A stretch of DNA of 64,000 nucleotides from Octopus bimaculoides (lineage: Eukaryota), in assembly GCF_001194135.2 (NCBI RefSeq), contig NC_068981.1, positions 87,789,844 to 87,853,843 on the forward strand. Direction: 5' to 3'. Within the stretch, counting starts at the first letter, position 1, and each line of letters opens with the position of its first letter. Under the pieces are notes generated by a model. That model saw only the letters and a program-made list of their open reading frames with translations. It was not told the origin of the DNA and did no database searches. Position numbers and translations under genes: made by a program. Positions 45,626-59,214 of the stretch are shown here, piece after piece.

Positions 45626-45627
45626 AT

Positions 45628-45660
<33 letters not shown>

Positions 45661-46135
45661 CACAGCTATATACACACCTGTGTATATAGCTGTGTATCAT
45701 TACTTCATGTATATACACTGTTTGTAGGCAAGATAATATGGTTTACAGACATGAAGAAATTTTATCATGGGCAAAAAACATGGTATCTTGCCTGTATATG
45801 GTGTATAAACATGATACATAGACGGTTATTTTAATTTAATGTTACTTTTATTGCATATGATAGGTTTTTATTCAGCATGCCAACTATTTGAACATCTGAA
45901 TATATTGTTCAGTTCCTATATATCATAGGTGGGAGATTTTGCTTAGGAATGTGTCTATGAGATCATGATTGATAAGGCCCAAGAAGGCTGAAATGCCTAA
46001 GGTATTTTTGCTAGCTACTGCAGATGGTATGTTTTTTTTTTTTAAGGTCTCCCTCTGGTGTATATTGTCTTTAACACAGAATGTCTATAAGAGATTTTTC
46101 TTGGATGAAAATTGTATCTTCCCTGTGGACATTGT

Positions 46136-46222
46136 TTAACACTTTTGTTACCATATTTCTGTTGAAATACTGCTTTTGTTTCAATTTATTTTGAAAATAA
46201 TGAGGATTTTAGTAAAATAATT
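46136..46222 (-). mobile_element. MITE family A end fragment
   Basis: TTAAcacttttgttaccatatttctgttgaaatac...agtaaaataa. Confidence 0.75.
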
Positions 46223-46502
46223 GTATATAAACACCCACATACATGGGTGAGAGAGATTAGTCCTGGATAGGACTTTAAATTGCATCTGTAAGTGGGGCCC
46301 TGGCATGGAAGTCCAGGGTTTTGCGGAGTGTAGAACCAGCTCTTTGCCACTATTGTTTTCAAGTCCACTCTGATCTAGAGTACTATCACCTCTTAGGGTC
46401 CCAGCTATGGGTTAATTAGCATGTGAACCACTGGGAGTGAAGAACCCCTAGTTCTTACTATAACTTCCTTCTAGGACAAGGTAAACTTGTATAAAAAAAA
46501 AA
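46221..46502 (+). mobile_element. Unclassified GC-richer insertion with several hairpins and an A-tail
   Basis: Abrupt composition change, four short stems and a terminal A10; it truncates MITE A. Confidence 0.4.
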
Positions 46503-46765
46503 CTTGAAATGCAGTTGGTTGATTTCTGTTTATCCCAATCTCTGTTGTGCCACTGGTTTTATAGTTGTTTGCACTGAAAAGTGGGTTCAGTGCTGTGCAA
46601 TACTTTATCCACTAAAAAACAAATTCATGCATGGGAGCTTCTTGGGTTCTGTGTGTTAGTACGAGCCTACTGAGTTTAGGAAGTTCCCTTCCTTGGTCAT
46701 AATTTGATTTCCACCATATATGTATATATGCATGTCTGTATGTATCTTTGTATATAAATGTGGGA

Positions 46766-46801
<36 letters not shown>

Positions 46802-46904
46802 ATTTATGTTTAGTTATAATAAAAACAATTTTACCTTAATTTGAGGAGTCTAATCTATATTTTCGTAGAGTACAAGTTTATTCTTAAACAAGAGTATTGC
46901 TGGC

Positions 46905-46973
46905 AGTGACTTCGAAGTTTTGGCTAGTTAAGTCATCATCAGACTGCTTAACTGGCTGAAACTTGAAGTCACT
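46905..46973 (+). ncRNA. Candidate pre-miRNA hairpin
   Basis: 27-bp stem (3 G.U pairs, one bulged G) with a 14-nt loop in unique sequence; not recognised as a conserved miRNA family. Confidence 0.5.
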
Positions 46974-47121
46974 AAACAATATTCTTGTTTTGAGAATAAA
47001 CATACATATATATATATATATATAAACACATTTGTGTATATATACATATGTTTATATATGTTTGCACCTATGCATGTATGTGATTGTATGATGTGTGTGT
47101 GAGTATATATATATATATATA

Positions 47122-47305
47122 NNNNNNNNNNNNNNNNNNNNNNNNNNNNNNNNNNNNNNNNNNNNNNNNNNNNNNNNNNNNNNNNNNNNNNNNNNNNNNN
47201 NNNNNNNNNNNNNNNNNNNNNNNNNNNNNNNNNNNNNNNNNNNNNNNNNNNNNNNNNNNNNNNNNNNNNNNNNNNNNNNNNNNNNNNNNNNNNNNNNNNN
47301 NNNNN
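47122..47305. other. Assembly gap inside (TA)n
   Basis: N run. Confidence 1.
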
Positions 47306-47336
<31 letters not shown>

Positions 47337-47689
47337 TGTATATTTGTATTAAAGAAGAAAAAAAACTTGGTGAATGGAATTGAAGTGGCATTAAATTGAA
47401 ATCACTACCTGTGTATCATACGAAATGTATATACACTGTTGAAAGGCATGATGCTGTGGTGTTTGCTTGAGTGAAAAAGGTCTTCATAGACCTGTGTTAT
47501 ATATCGTTGCTGTAATGACTCACAAGAACAACAGATGTTTCATACTACTTGAGACTTGTCATTACTCTACACCTGTTTGTTGCTTGCTAAGACAAAATTT
47601 GTACTTTGATATTTAAGAATTAGTGAATGCAATTGAGACAGCTTTAACATGTACTGATATGTTTTTATAGCATGATGTGTATGTGTGTG

Positions 47690-47872
47690 TTATTGTCTTC
47701 TTGCCTTGAAATTGTGTGCTAGTTGTAAGCAAGTGTCACTGTCATGGAGACCATCATTTCCAGTTCTGTGAAAACTTGCCTGGTTATGCGAAATATTACT
47801 GTACTTGGAAACAGGTGAGACTTAGTGAGCAGCAGGACATCTGGCTGTAGAAAATCTGCCCTAGCAAATTGT
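47690..47872 (+). mobile_element. SINE 3' body module H
   Basis: Matches 49250-49430 and 61440-61610. Confidence 0.7.
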
Positions 47873-47878
47873 GTGTGA

Positions 47879-47915
<37 letters not shown>

Positions 47916-47918
<3 letters not shown>

Positions 47919-48221
47919 TCATCGTTAACGTCTGCTTTCCATGCTGGCATGGGTTGGACAATTTGACTGAGGACTGGCGAGCCAGGTGGCTGCACCAGGC
48001 TCCAATCTGATCTGGCAGAATTGCTACAGCTGGATGCCTTTCCTAATGCCAACCAGTCCAAGAGTGTAGTGGGTGCTTTTATGTGGCACCAGCACAAGGG
48101 CCAGTCAGGTGGTACTGGCAAGGGTCACACTCGACTGGTGTCTTTTACGTGCCACATGCGCAGGAGCCAGTCCAGTGGCACTGGCAATGACCTTGTTCGA
48201 ATGTTTTCATGTGCCAGTAAC
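47916..48221 (-). mobile_element. RTE-tail element with three GGCACRTAAAAGCAC-like modules
   Basis: (ATC)n tail, standard body, modules at about 48073, 48139 and 48202. Confidence 0.8.
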
Positions 48222-48251
48222 GTGACATATATATGTATGTGTATACATATA

Positions 48252-48384
<133 letters not shown>

Positions 48385-48547
48385 GAAAAAATGTATAGTA
48401 AACGCACAGATGAAAAGTAAAAAGCGTATAATGTATATTGAGTGCACAAACGGACAGAAAACAGGCACAGAAGGTCCCTAATTCATCAGTTATCATCCAG
48501 ATGATCTTACTCAAGTCTCACACCATTAATGATATACACATACATAC

Positions 48548-48703
48548 AAGTTTTTTTTCTGTGTCCTTCTATGAAATCCACCACTCACTAGACTATTTGA
48601 CCCAGGGTTATTGTAGAAGACACTTCCCCAAGGTGCTACACAGTGAGACTGAATCAGGAACTATGTGTTTGGGAAGCAAACTTCGTAACACAGCCACATG
48701 TAC
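48548..48703 (-). mobile_element. SINE family S head
   Basis: Reverse-complement head/core. Confidence 0.7.
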
Positions 48704-49077
48704 ATGTGTATATATACCATCATCATCATCATTGTTTTAACATGTACCATCCCATGGGTTAAATGCAGGTTGGGGCAGAGTTCTTTCTAAAGCTGGTCAA
48801 CAACCTTCACTTGTTTGCAAGCAAGTTAATAATGTCACTGTGTATCAAACAACTAACAGCCCAGACATGTTTTCTATGAGGTAACTGGAAGCAGATAACA
48901 CTGTTTGAGGAGCCTTTTGTTTAAAAAGATCACACAACATGTCAAAACATGTTGGAAAGCTCAGTTACTCTTTTATGGTTGACTGCAAGCCAGTGACAGG
49001 TTGAAGTCATTGCTTCTAAGCTGGCTAACACAACAGATACACACTCACTTGTACATTCATATGTGCATACATATAGG

Positions 49078-49480
49078 TATGGACATGATTGTGTAATAAA
49101 AGTTTATTTCCTAACCACATGATTCCAGTTCGAATCTTACTGTAGCAAGGGTCTTCTAGTATAACCCTGAGTTAACCAAAGCCTTCTGTGTGGATTTGGT
49201 AGATGGAAACTGAAAGCTGCTTATCATATGTATGTGTGTGTATACGTTAATGTCTCTTTGCTTTGACATTGTGTGCTAGTTGTAAGCAAGTGTCACTGTC
49301 ATGGTCACCGTCATTTCCAGTCCTCTGTGAAAACTTGTCTGGTTATGGGGAAATATTACTGTACTTGGAAACGGGTGAGAGTTAGTGAAGAGAAGAGAAG
49401 CTGACTATAGAAAATCTACCTCAGCGAATTCCATCTGACTCATGCAAGCATGGAAAAGTGGATGTTAAAACGATGATGAT
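49078..49480 (+). mobile_element. SINE with family S head, module H and RTE-type tail
   Basis: ...ggatttggtagatggaaactgaaag, (GT)n, module H, catgcaagcatggaaaagtggatgttaaaacgatgatgat. Confidence 0.8.
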
Positions 49481-50162
49481 ATATATACAATGTGCTTCTT
49501 CAAATGCCAGGAACTATAGTATAAAACAAGGTCCCATGGTTCCACACAGTGGGACTGAACCTGAAACCTTGAGGTTATGAAGTGAACTCCTCAACCACAT
49601 GTCCATGGCTGCATGAGTATGTGTTTGTGTTTGAATAGTCATTGTCATTATCATCATTTGATATCCATGTTCCATGTTGGCTTGGGTTGGATGGTTTGAC
49701 AGCCTCTGATGGGTCCAAGAAATGTGTTGTATTATAAAATCTGCTGTTGTATGGTTTCTAGGGCCAGATGCCCTTTCTAATGCCAACTACTTTACACTGC
49801 ATTCCGAGTGTCTTTTTTTATGGAACCAGCTTGCAAGACTGAGCTCTGAAGGGTTAAATGATGAGAAACGAGCCAGAGGAGAAGTGGTTTCTTGCTGTAG
49901 AGGAACTTTATTGTTACTCACATGTTAGAAGAGTGGGTGGTTGTGATAGATGTAGTGCTGAAAAGAGATAACAATAGTGATGATGAGATATGTAGGTGGA
50001 CCCTCAAAGTACAAGAGAAGAGTGAGGAGAAGTATCAGAGGAACAGGAAGTGTAGGTGGGTCGAGATTACAAGAGTGTATGGGAGAATGAAAGAGAGAAG
50101 GGGAATGGGTGCTGGAAGTAATGTAATGAATGAAGAACAGGTATTAAAAGATTATAAAGAGG

Positions 50163-50201
<39 letters not shown>

Positions 50202-53200
50202 CAAATAGTAAATGAGTATATGCATATATACGTTAAGGTATGTGCATACCGACATCCACCTGTATGTATAGGTGCATATCTGGGTACAGGACATTGCAAA
50301 CAAAACGTAGACGAGAAAACACACAAGCCACATAGAGAACATTCTTCTTCATCAGCTACCCCTGTTTTAACACCGGCGTTCACACACACACACACACACA
50401 CACACATGCATACATACATAGATGTAAATATATAGATAGACTCAAATTTATGTATGTTTATATAGATTTTAATGTGTATACATCTGTGTAAGTGTATGTA
50501 TATATATGCCAGCATGGAATGGAACATGGATGTTAAATGAGGATGATATATACATATTAATTATATGTTACAGGGGATGTAGGTTCACATCCCACAGGTA
50601 GCCTTCAACTTCTACTAGAGGTTTTTTAACCCAGTAATTACATGCTATTATTTATAGCTTTAATTGTTTCAAGATTCACTGTTCCAAAGCAATTCATGTT
50701 ATCTCAAACTTGATAAATAATTATGATGTTAATGTGTGTTTGTATATGTGCCTTTTTTGTTTTCTTGTTTTTGTCAATATTTCCTGTGATACCATTATTT
50801 TACACTAGCAATGTATATTGAATATTGGTGTTTGCTTTTTCTCTAGTTAAGTTGTTGATCATTCTTTTCCTATTAGTTGATTTCTCTAATATACCTAGCT
50901 TTCCTACATCATTACTTGTTTTTATTGATAAATTGGTGGTTTCTCTTTTTTTCCCACTGTCGCACTGTCACATTTTGCTTTCCAATTTGATTGGTGTTCT
51001 GGTATTTTCTGTTTGACTGTTATCGTTTTCTCCAATTTCAAAATTCCTATTGTGTTAATTACTCTGCTCACTGAATTCTTATGTCAATTTCATGTTGACT
51101 ATTCAAGTGATATGTCTGATGTCTTTGACTATTTTGCTAATCACTTTTTTCTTTTTGATTTTTGTAGTTAGCCATTTTTTCATTGGTTAGTTTGTGGTTA
51201 CTTTTTTATTGTTGTTGTTGTCAATTGGGTTTGGCACTACCACATTTAAAATGCTAGTATATCATTGGTCAGTTATTATTTTTGAAATTCAAACTAGTTA
51301 AATTTGTGTGTGTGTGTGCATGCAATATCACCTCATTTCTTCTGTTGAGCAAGCATATTTGTTACATAATTATGTTGTATTTTTTTAGAATTATGCATGT
51401 CTCAGTGGTGTTCTTATTGGAATAAAGAGCAGACTGCAAATTCACTGCAAACATAACATCACATGGTACCTGCCACATTGTTAATGAAATAATTATACTT
51501 ATTGTCAACTGCAAAGTAAATATATAGTGTTCATGACATTTTTTGTGTGCATTATTATTACTATTATTAGTATTATTATTTGGTCTTACTAATTATTTCA
51601 ACTGAAGTTATTACATTCCATCAGATGTATTAGCTGAATAACAATGAATCAAGTTTACTAAGAAAAGAGCTGTTCATGCGTTATTTACACTCATATTCAT
51701 TACTAATTTCTACTTTTGGATTTTTATCTTTAATTGGTGTTTGACAATCATATTGCTCTAATAATAAGTATGATCTTGTTTGGTTTTAAGAAAGATTTTT
51801 GACCTTTTCACGCACTGTTTTTGAAATCTTATAAAAACAAAAAAACTACAAAAAATATATAAGTAGCTTCTTCTTAGTGCAGATAATTTGATTAATTTTG
51901 TATTGTTAGATATGTTGTAGACCAAATGTCAAGTTGATGGCTAGCCAATTTATAGTACATCAGTTTACCTTAGATAATACCAGCTAACATGAAACTTGGA
52001 GACAGTGGGAGTGGGGAGAGGGAAATGGAGAAAAGGAAAACCTGCAACCAATTTTTTATCTCTTACATAAGACCCTCTCTCCTTGCAAATAGTCTATATT
52101 GATTTGATATCAGACTTGCAACCTATTAGCTGCTTAAGACCAGGCTGCTGACATTGTAATGGATTTATTACTGGTTGGGATATGATCAACCAGTACTTAT
52201 GTACTTCAGCCTTGATATGTAACATGCATGTTTTATCTAGCAGCTGAAAAAAAAAATGCAATTAAACTATTTTATGTATATGTAATATATATATAATGTT
52301 TTTATTTTACAGACTACAAAGATCATTTGTATAAGCAGTTTAGTTTCTAATATATGGATATGTTCCTTAAAACATTTTGTTGTATCAGAAATGTTGAAAT
52401 CTAATTATTTTATAGACTTTTTGTTAAACTTTTCTGACTCACTTTTCAAAGATTTTGCATTTTTATTTCGAAATATAAACTGTTTGTACTTCTTCTCTGT
52501 GGTTGAGATAACTGGGTAAAATAAAGAATGTGTGTTTGTAAATTGGTGCAAAATCTCAATTTAATCTTTAAATAGATAATAGATTAAGTATTAACATCAC
52601 CACTGTTGCAAGCACTTGCATCAGGTATATTGCTAGAGATGCTTTGACTGTAAAGGGTCAAAGAAATAGACCTTGCTAAGTTAAAATAAAGACAGGGAGT
52701 GGGTATTATTTGTTTTTGGATTAGATTCTTTCTCCCCACTTCTTTTTTAAAACTACTTTAAAAATAAAAATGTTGCTTATATTTGATTACTTTATGATCT
52801 GAGTTCAAATGCTGCTGAGTTTGACTTGGCTTTTCATCCTTTCAGGGCCAATAAAATAAGTTGAGTTGAGTACTGGGGGGTTGATGTAATCAACTTAATC
52901 CACTCTCTAAAATTGCTGGCCTTGTGCCAAAATTTGAAGCCAGTATTATAAGATATAATTGTAATGTTTCAAGAATTTAACCATTTTGTAACTAGTTTAT
53001 GTATTTGATTATCATGGATTCTCCCATAAAGGTTTTTAATTTAGCTCGTTTCTTGTTAACACCTATACTATACTAATTATACTAAGCTTCTTCTTTACAC
53101 TTGAAGAATTAAATAAAAGCATTAAAATTTCATTAAGTAATAATTTACTACTTAGGTGAACATTTTTAATAATTATTTAGAAGTGTGTGTGGAGATTGGG

Positions 53201-55120
53201 TTTAAAGTACGTAGTTTTCTGTATTTCTCATAACTATTTGTTCATTGCAATCAATATCCATTAATACATAACTTATAAACCTTGTATAATCCTATACTAA
53301 AAAATCTCTGAAGGGAATTTAAAAGCTTTTCAGTTTCTTCCAAGAGTTCATTTAACTTGAATGTCTTTTCACTGGTTTATTCACTGTCAACTGCACTCAT
53401 TACTAGATTAAATATTATGAACAATGAAAGGTATTTTGTTTTCATCATCCATTATACACAATAAATGATTTTTGTAATTATTAAAATAAGGTTTAGGAAA
53501 TAAACAATGTACATTTTGACATTAATGCTTGTTATATTAATACCAGAGTGTTACTTGTCATATGACAAGTAACTTTGGAAGTAGACTTTTGACACTATGG
53601 GTATATCAAGAAATATAATTACTAATTTTAAAAAATTACCTTAAAATAAAATTAAATAAAGTAAACTTCTTATTTGCACATTCAAGCATTTACTTATACA
53701 TTTCACTGAAGTGATAAAGTTTTTTTAGATTTCTTGCTTCATTTTTGTTTCTTGTTCAATTCTCCAGTTATATATGTTCTTTAAGCAAAAGAATTCTATA
53801 GTTTTTTTGTAGAACAACCATCAGTGTCTTTTGTGTGTGTGTTTTTGAGTTTATGTATTCGAGTGAGAGGAGGAGGAGGATGTGTGTGTGTGTGAACTTC
53901 CACAATATCAAAATCAGCATGGCGAATAATTTTGTTTTCATCCCACCCCCTTTTTGAATATAAAGCATGAAATAAAGTGAAAATGTTTATACTCTAGTGT
54001 GTACATCAAGTCATACATATTTGTGCTATTTAGATTTCTTAAATTATCTGTCACACCCAACTCACACCTTTCATTTTGTGCATGCATGTATGTGTATATT
54101 TATCCATTGTAAATACTGTAATTTCCTCCTCTGTCTATGATACTTTCTCTCTCATTATGTGTGTGTGTGCGCAGTGTTTTTTAACTCATTGCTTGCTACT
54201 AAGCCTAGTATGTGTATAATGTACCTGGAGAAATCACCCAACTGATCAACATCTGTATCGGCTAATATATAGAAATTTATTTAGTACAAGAAGAAAATTG
54301 CCTGACTTCATAAGTTTGTTACATAGCAAAAGTTGTAAAATTTTAACAAAAATGTGTGTGTGTTTTGGTAGTGGGTTCCAGTTGTTGTTTATATAGGTAC
54401 ATAACAATGCACACATTTTTTAAAATCATACATTCTTATAGCCTAATTCTGTGTACACTTTCATTAATCTTTAATTTATCACTAACATTTTAAGAAAGCA
54501 CACCACCACTTAATTGTAACAGAATACTAAACCTTTTCTTTAAAACATGCCAAAACAATTTCAGTATTTAACTATATTCATTCAATTCCTGTGAAATTGC
54601 ATTGAATTGGGTTTGCCTTCCCATCTTCTGTTGTGCTCATTCTCAAAACCTCAAGATATCTAAATGCTGGATAACAATCTGTTGTTGAAAATATCAGAAC
54701 TTTTGCAAGTGACTATTGAAGTTGACTGGGTTATTTTTTTGAAACTTGGATCTTTGATTTGATTCATTGACAGACCAATGGAAAGTCTAAAATTGCTGGC
54801 ATTTGTTTTTTAATATTATACCTAAATTATGATAGTTTTGTCATAAGAAATTTTGAGAAAATTGAATTATTTCAGAAACATTTTAACTGTTACCAAACAC
54901 TCATTTCTTTTGTTAGTTTCTTAATAAAAAAAAAAATTTTTAAGTACATAAATTTTAAAACAAAAAAATAAACTGAAGTGCTCTAGTTATAACTTATTTT
55001 ACAAGTATTGTTATAAAAAGATTGTATATATGAGTCTGTTTATTGACTTTTAAAAATGTTTTTAACATGTGAGATATGCTGGTTAATATCCCTTAATATA
55101 ATATGGAGAAAATAGACTCT

Positions 55121-55262
55121 AGTGGTTGGTGTTAGGAAGAACATCCAGCTGTAAAAACCCTGCTAAAACAGTGAAGCCTGGTGCAGGCTTCTGCCTAGCT
55201 AGCCCCTGTCAAACCATCCAACCTATGCCAGCATGGAAAACGGACGTTAAATGATGATAATG
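55121..55262 (+). mobile_element. RTE-type 3' tail
   Basis: gtggttggtgttaggaag...gccagcatggaaaacggacgttaaatgatgat. Confidence 0.8.
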
Positions 55263-55849
55263 AATTTTAATTTTAATTACATCATCGTCACAATAAGAAA
55301 TTGTATTTTGCTTGGTTGCTGTTTTTATTTCTGAACTCTTTATATTAATTTGTTTGGATTTAGAGCGTTCAGTTGGAGGAGTTTCTACTAATTTATTTCA
55401 AATGTGTTTTTCAGTATCTAAGAGTGAAAGTGTGTATGTGAAGCTTGAATGTGACAAGGCACTGCAGTAACAATTTCTTGGAATTTACTGATTAAACATT
55501 CATTTTAATTGAACTGGATTGTTATCAGTGATATTACTTCTAAATTGAATTTTGTGTTCAAAAAGTGTTTGTCTTGCTTGTCAAGGTGCATTACTTGCTT
55601 AACAACCTAATTACCGTATTTTTGGCTCATAAGATCCTACAAGTGATTATAGACATCCAATAAGTAGTAAAGAATATTTTCATTGACAGTTTCTGCTGAT
55701 TTATGAACATATCAAAATTTATTTTGTAAAAACCTCTAGTTTAGAACAAAATGGTTGTGCATTAACAGAAATTAGTACTCTGTTTCTGGACATAGCTTGT
55801 TACAATTGTCAACAGAGCTTTTTTAACAATTCAACAACCCATGCAGCCA

Positions 55850-55884
55850 TATCTATTGTATTTATCTATTGTATTTATCTATTG
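55850..55884. repeat. 13-bp tandem repeat (TATCTATTGTATT) x~2.7
   Basis: Directly visible. Confidence 0.85.
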
Positions 55885-56329
55885 CCAAGTATCTGTGTAT
55901 CTCACTGATTTGCACAATTAGTATGCAAATTAATAACCTCAGTTCTCTGAAGCTACTGGATTTATTGTGTACATAAACAGATTGGCTACTTTCTCAGGGA
56001 TTGGTCAAGTGATGTAGAATCCAATGTTTGAAAATCAATTAAGCTGTTCATCATTTTATCAATCTATGAAGAGAAATAGTTAAATTTACTGCGTTTGTAT
56101 GTTTACTACGTATGTGTGTGTGTGCATACATACACACACTTGGAAATCAGTAGTGCACTCATGATGCCATTATAGTCAGAAGGTGTGACAGAACTCACCA
56201 CTCAGTTTTAAAAACTAATTTTAGTGTAAAATATATATCTCAAGAGTGTGACAGATAGCTGAAGACTATGGTTTAGTTTACTGTCTACTAAATATTAATC
56301 ACTGGGATTATCTACATCACAATCATTGC

Positions 56330-57300
56330 TGTTAATTGTTTATGAGTCTTCACTATTTTCATAGAAGTTCATCCTTCTTGCCGTACCTTACACAATTGTT
56401 TCCACATTTTTTTTTATGCTTTGGGTATTATTTTTACTCTCATGGCTGCCTGTGAAGATTTCACCTGCTGACATCTCTATAATAGTAAGACACTTCAGTC
56501 ATCTTGTTACTAAATTCCCAGCAGTCATCATCCACTTGTTACTCTCTTCTCACATAAAATATTTGAATGGCTTGTTGACTGTGACATTAAATTGCTGAGG
56601 ATAACTGTTTCAGTTTTTAATTAATCAAGTTTTTCCTTCGTTGCTCCTGTTTTGTAGGCTTGTAATTGATTACTCACTAGTAATGTTTATTTCTTCAACA
56701 GACCACTTGGATGCCATGACTATATTTTCTCCAACCAGAGTTTCACACTATAGTATTGTTCTTTGTTCAAAAATTAGCAACGGCAAGAGGTTTGTGTTTT
56801 TGGCACAACAGGCTAAAAGAACAGTATAATAGGTTTTCCATGCCCTGTTTTTATGATCACCATCTTCAACTGTGCTACAAAAGCTGTCTATTAGCCTTAG
56901 TTCATAAACTTCCTGATGTTGATCACATGAAACGCCAGGATTTTTCATACTCTTCAAACATCTGTACAATTCTCTTTGTGAAATGGCAGCATCAAGATAA
57001 TCCAATGAATTCATCTCGATACATTTTCCTTTTCTTCCAAATTTCTCACCTTGTGTATTATTTTGCATATTTTATTGTGTAATACATAATTTTATGGGTT
57101 ACTCCAATTGTGGGAACTTTTGATTTTTTTTTTAATGATGAAAACTGTTTTCATTCTTATTTCCTTTAATACTTCCTCCTGTTTTCTCAATTCATGATTC
57201 ATTTTTCTCAATTAGTGGTGGTCCATATTGTTGCTCAGCTGCCTGGTGCAAATGCTGTTGGCATATTCAACAACTTGTAGCTTTTAGCTAATTGAGTATG
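56330..57300 (-). mobile_element. Decayed non-LTR retrotransposon, start of RT domain
   Basis: LDYLDAAISQRELYRCLKSMKNPGVSCDQHQEVYEL resembles L..PIT..E...ALK.MK..K.PG.DG...E.Y; boundaries approximate. Confidence 0.55.
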
Positions 57301-59214
57301 TCTGTTTTCTCTATTTAGTTGCCATTGTGTAGTGTTATAGACAGGTATTGTCAGCTGAATCACTAAACTGACAGCCAACAGATGGTGTCTACTTCCGTGG
57401 TACCGCTACAAATAGCATGTGAAGCATTATCATTGTTGATTCACCATAAACCAAACAAAACATATGGCACTCTGTTACCTGTGCTGGTAAACCCTTGCAA
57501 ACTTCTTAATTGTTACCAGCAATATATTACAGAATTTATGAATCAAGTGATTGTAGTTACTGGGATATATTTTGCATGTTGACTTATATCATAAGACTAA
57601 AGTTTTAGAGAGGACTGGACATAGCAATCAAACTATTTTCAACAACTTGATCTCTTTGCAATAAGATGCATGCAGGGTGATATTTTCAGGAGAAAATGTC
57701 TTATGCGCTGGGAAATACAGAAGTTGAAATCAGTCTTCTTTTCACATATCTTTTACTTGTTTCTGTCATTAGACTGTGGTCATGCTGGGGTTGCCAGTTA
57801 TAAAAGCAACTGTCAATTTGAGCTTTTATGGGGCATCTCTGCAAGTACTCAACTTGCTACAAATCTCCATAGGAACATACCCTATTATCTTAAAAATGAT
57901 AGATGGACACATTGAATAGTGTATCCTTGATATAAAACAATGGCGGGTTCATCAAAGCTGGAATGCCTTTGTCATTGGTCTGTTCAACCATCACTGACCT
58001 TCAGTCAAACAACTGTTGTAAATGCAACTAGTTACCATTAAGGAAATTGAAAAAAAGTTGAGTAAATGAGAGAGAAGTATTTTGTGTTTAAATTAGACAA
58101 GTTCTTGACTTTGTTTTTAAAAATAGGCGTAATCTTAATTTAATATTGTAGTTTATCTAACTAGACATTGTTATAAAGCATTCATTTTCAAACCTGAGCA
58201 TGTTATAGTGTTATAAAATGAGATTTGAAGTGAATTGATTCTTAATGAATACCAAAGTTAGGATTTGTTACCTTCATCTTGTTATAGAGTAGACATGGTA
58301 AATTGAATTTCTTCAGTGAACATTTTGCTTACTAATTTTAAGTAATTTTGATTTAAAAAAAAAATCCAATCAGTATAGAAGAGTTAGTTTTGAGTAAATT
58401 AAATTTACCTTCTTGTATAAAACTGCACTATAAAGTACAATCGTAACTGAAAAGTTGATTTAAATGGGTGATATGAATTGTAAAAAAAAAAAAAAAAAAT
58501 TATATAATTTAAAAATATTACTTTGTATGTTCACTGATCTATGTTCACATTTGCTATTTTACTAAAACTGTCAACTGAATCCATGAATCAACACTATGCA
58601 TTTTGTGAGTAGTTTAAGTTATATTCCTTTGTGTTTGTATTTTGACTTCAGCCTTTGACCTACACACGTGTCGCTTTTTGTAAATGCTGTTGCAACTTAG
58701 TTTGCCATTGTGTTCAAATAAAAATAGATAAATAAATTTAAATTAACTGAGATTTGAGCATTTTAGCTAATAGTTGCCAATAAGCTATAACAAAGCCCTG
58801 GAACCAGAGATATATCAATATGATCTATGCCTTGATCAAACAGAATAACTGGTGCTTTAAAAAAAAACACTTTTGATGGGCTGATAATATATGCAATATC
58901 TAATGGGCGCAAAGATTACCCATAGAGAACTGCATATGTTTCATACATGGAGAAGATGTGTATGTAAATTCAAGAGACTACCATCATTAGTGTGTTTGTT
59001 TTTTAGTGTAGTATTTTATTTTTTATTTTTCATGTATGATATCAATGTATATTTGTTCATGTTGCTAATATTCGTATACACTAAATGGTGTCATAACCAA
59101 TCTGCCTTAAGTATTCAATTAGTGAGTGTGTATGTGTATTGCAAATTTCAAGTCTTGTGCAAGATCCAGTTAAGTCACATGCCCATCATTTTGGGGATAA
59201 AAAATTTTTTACAT

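Noticed and set aside
46296-46320. GGCCCTGGCATGG...CAGGGTT resembling the start of an HDV-like ribozyme
   Set aside because: Only about 11 nt separate the putative P1 strands, too few for P2, P3 and L3.
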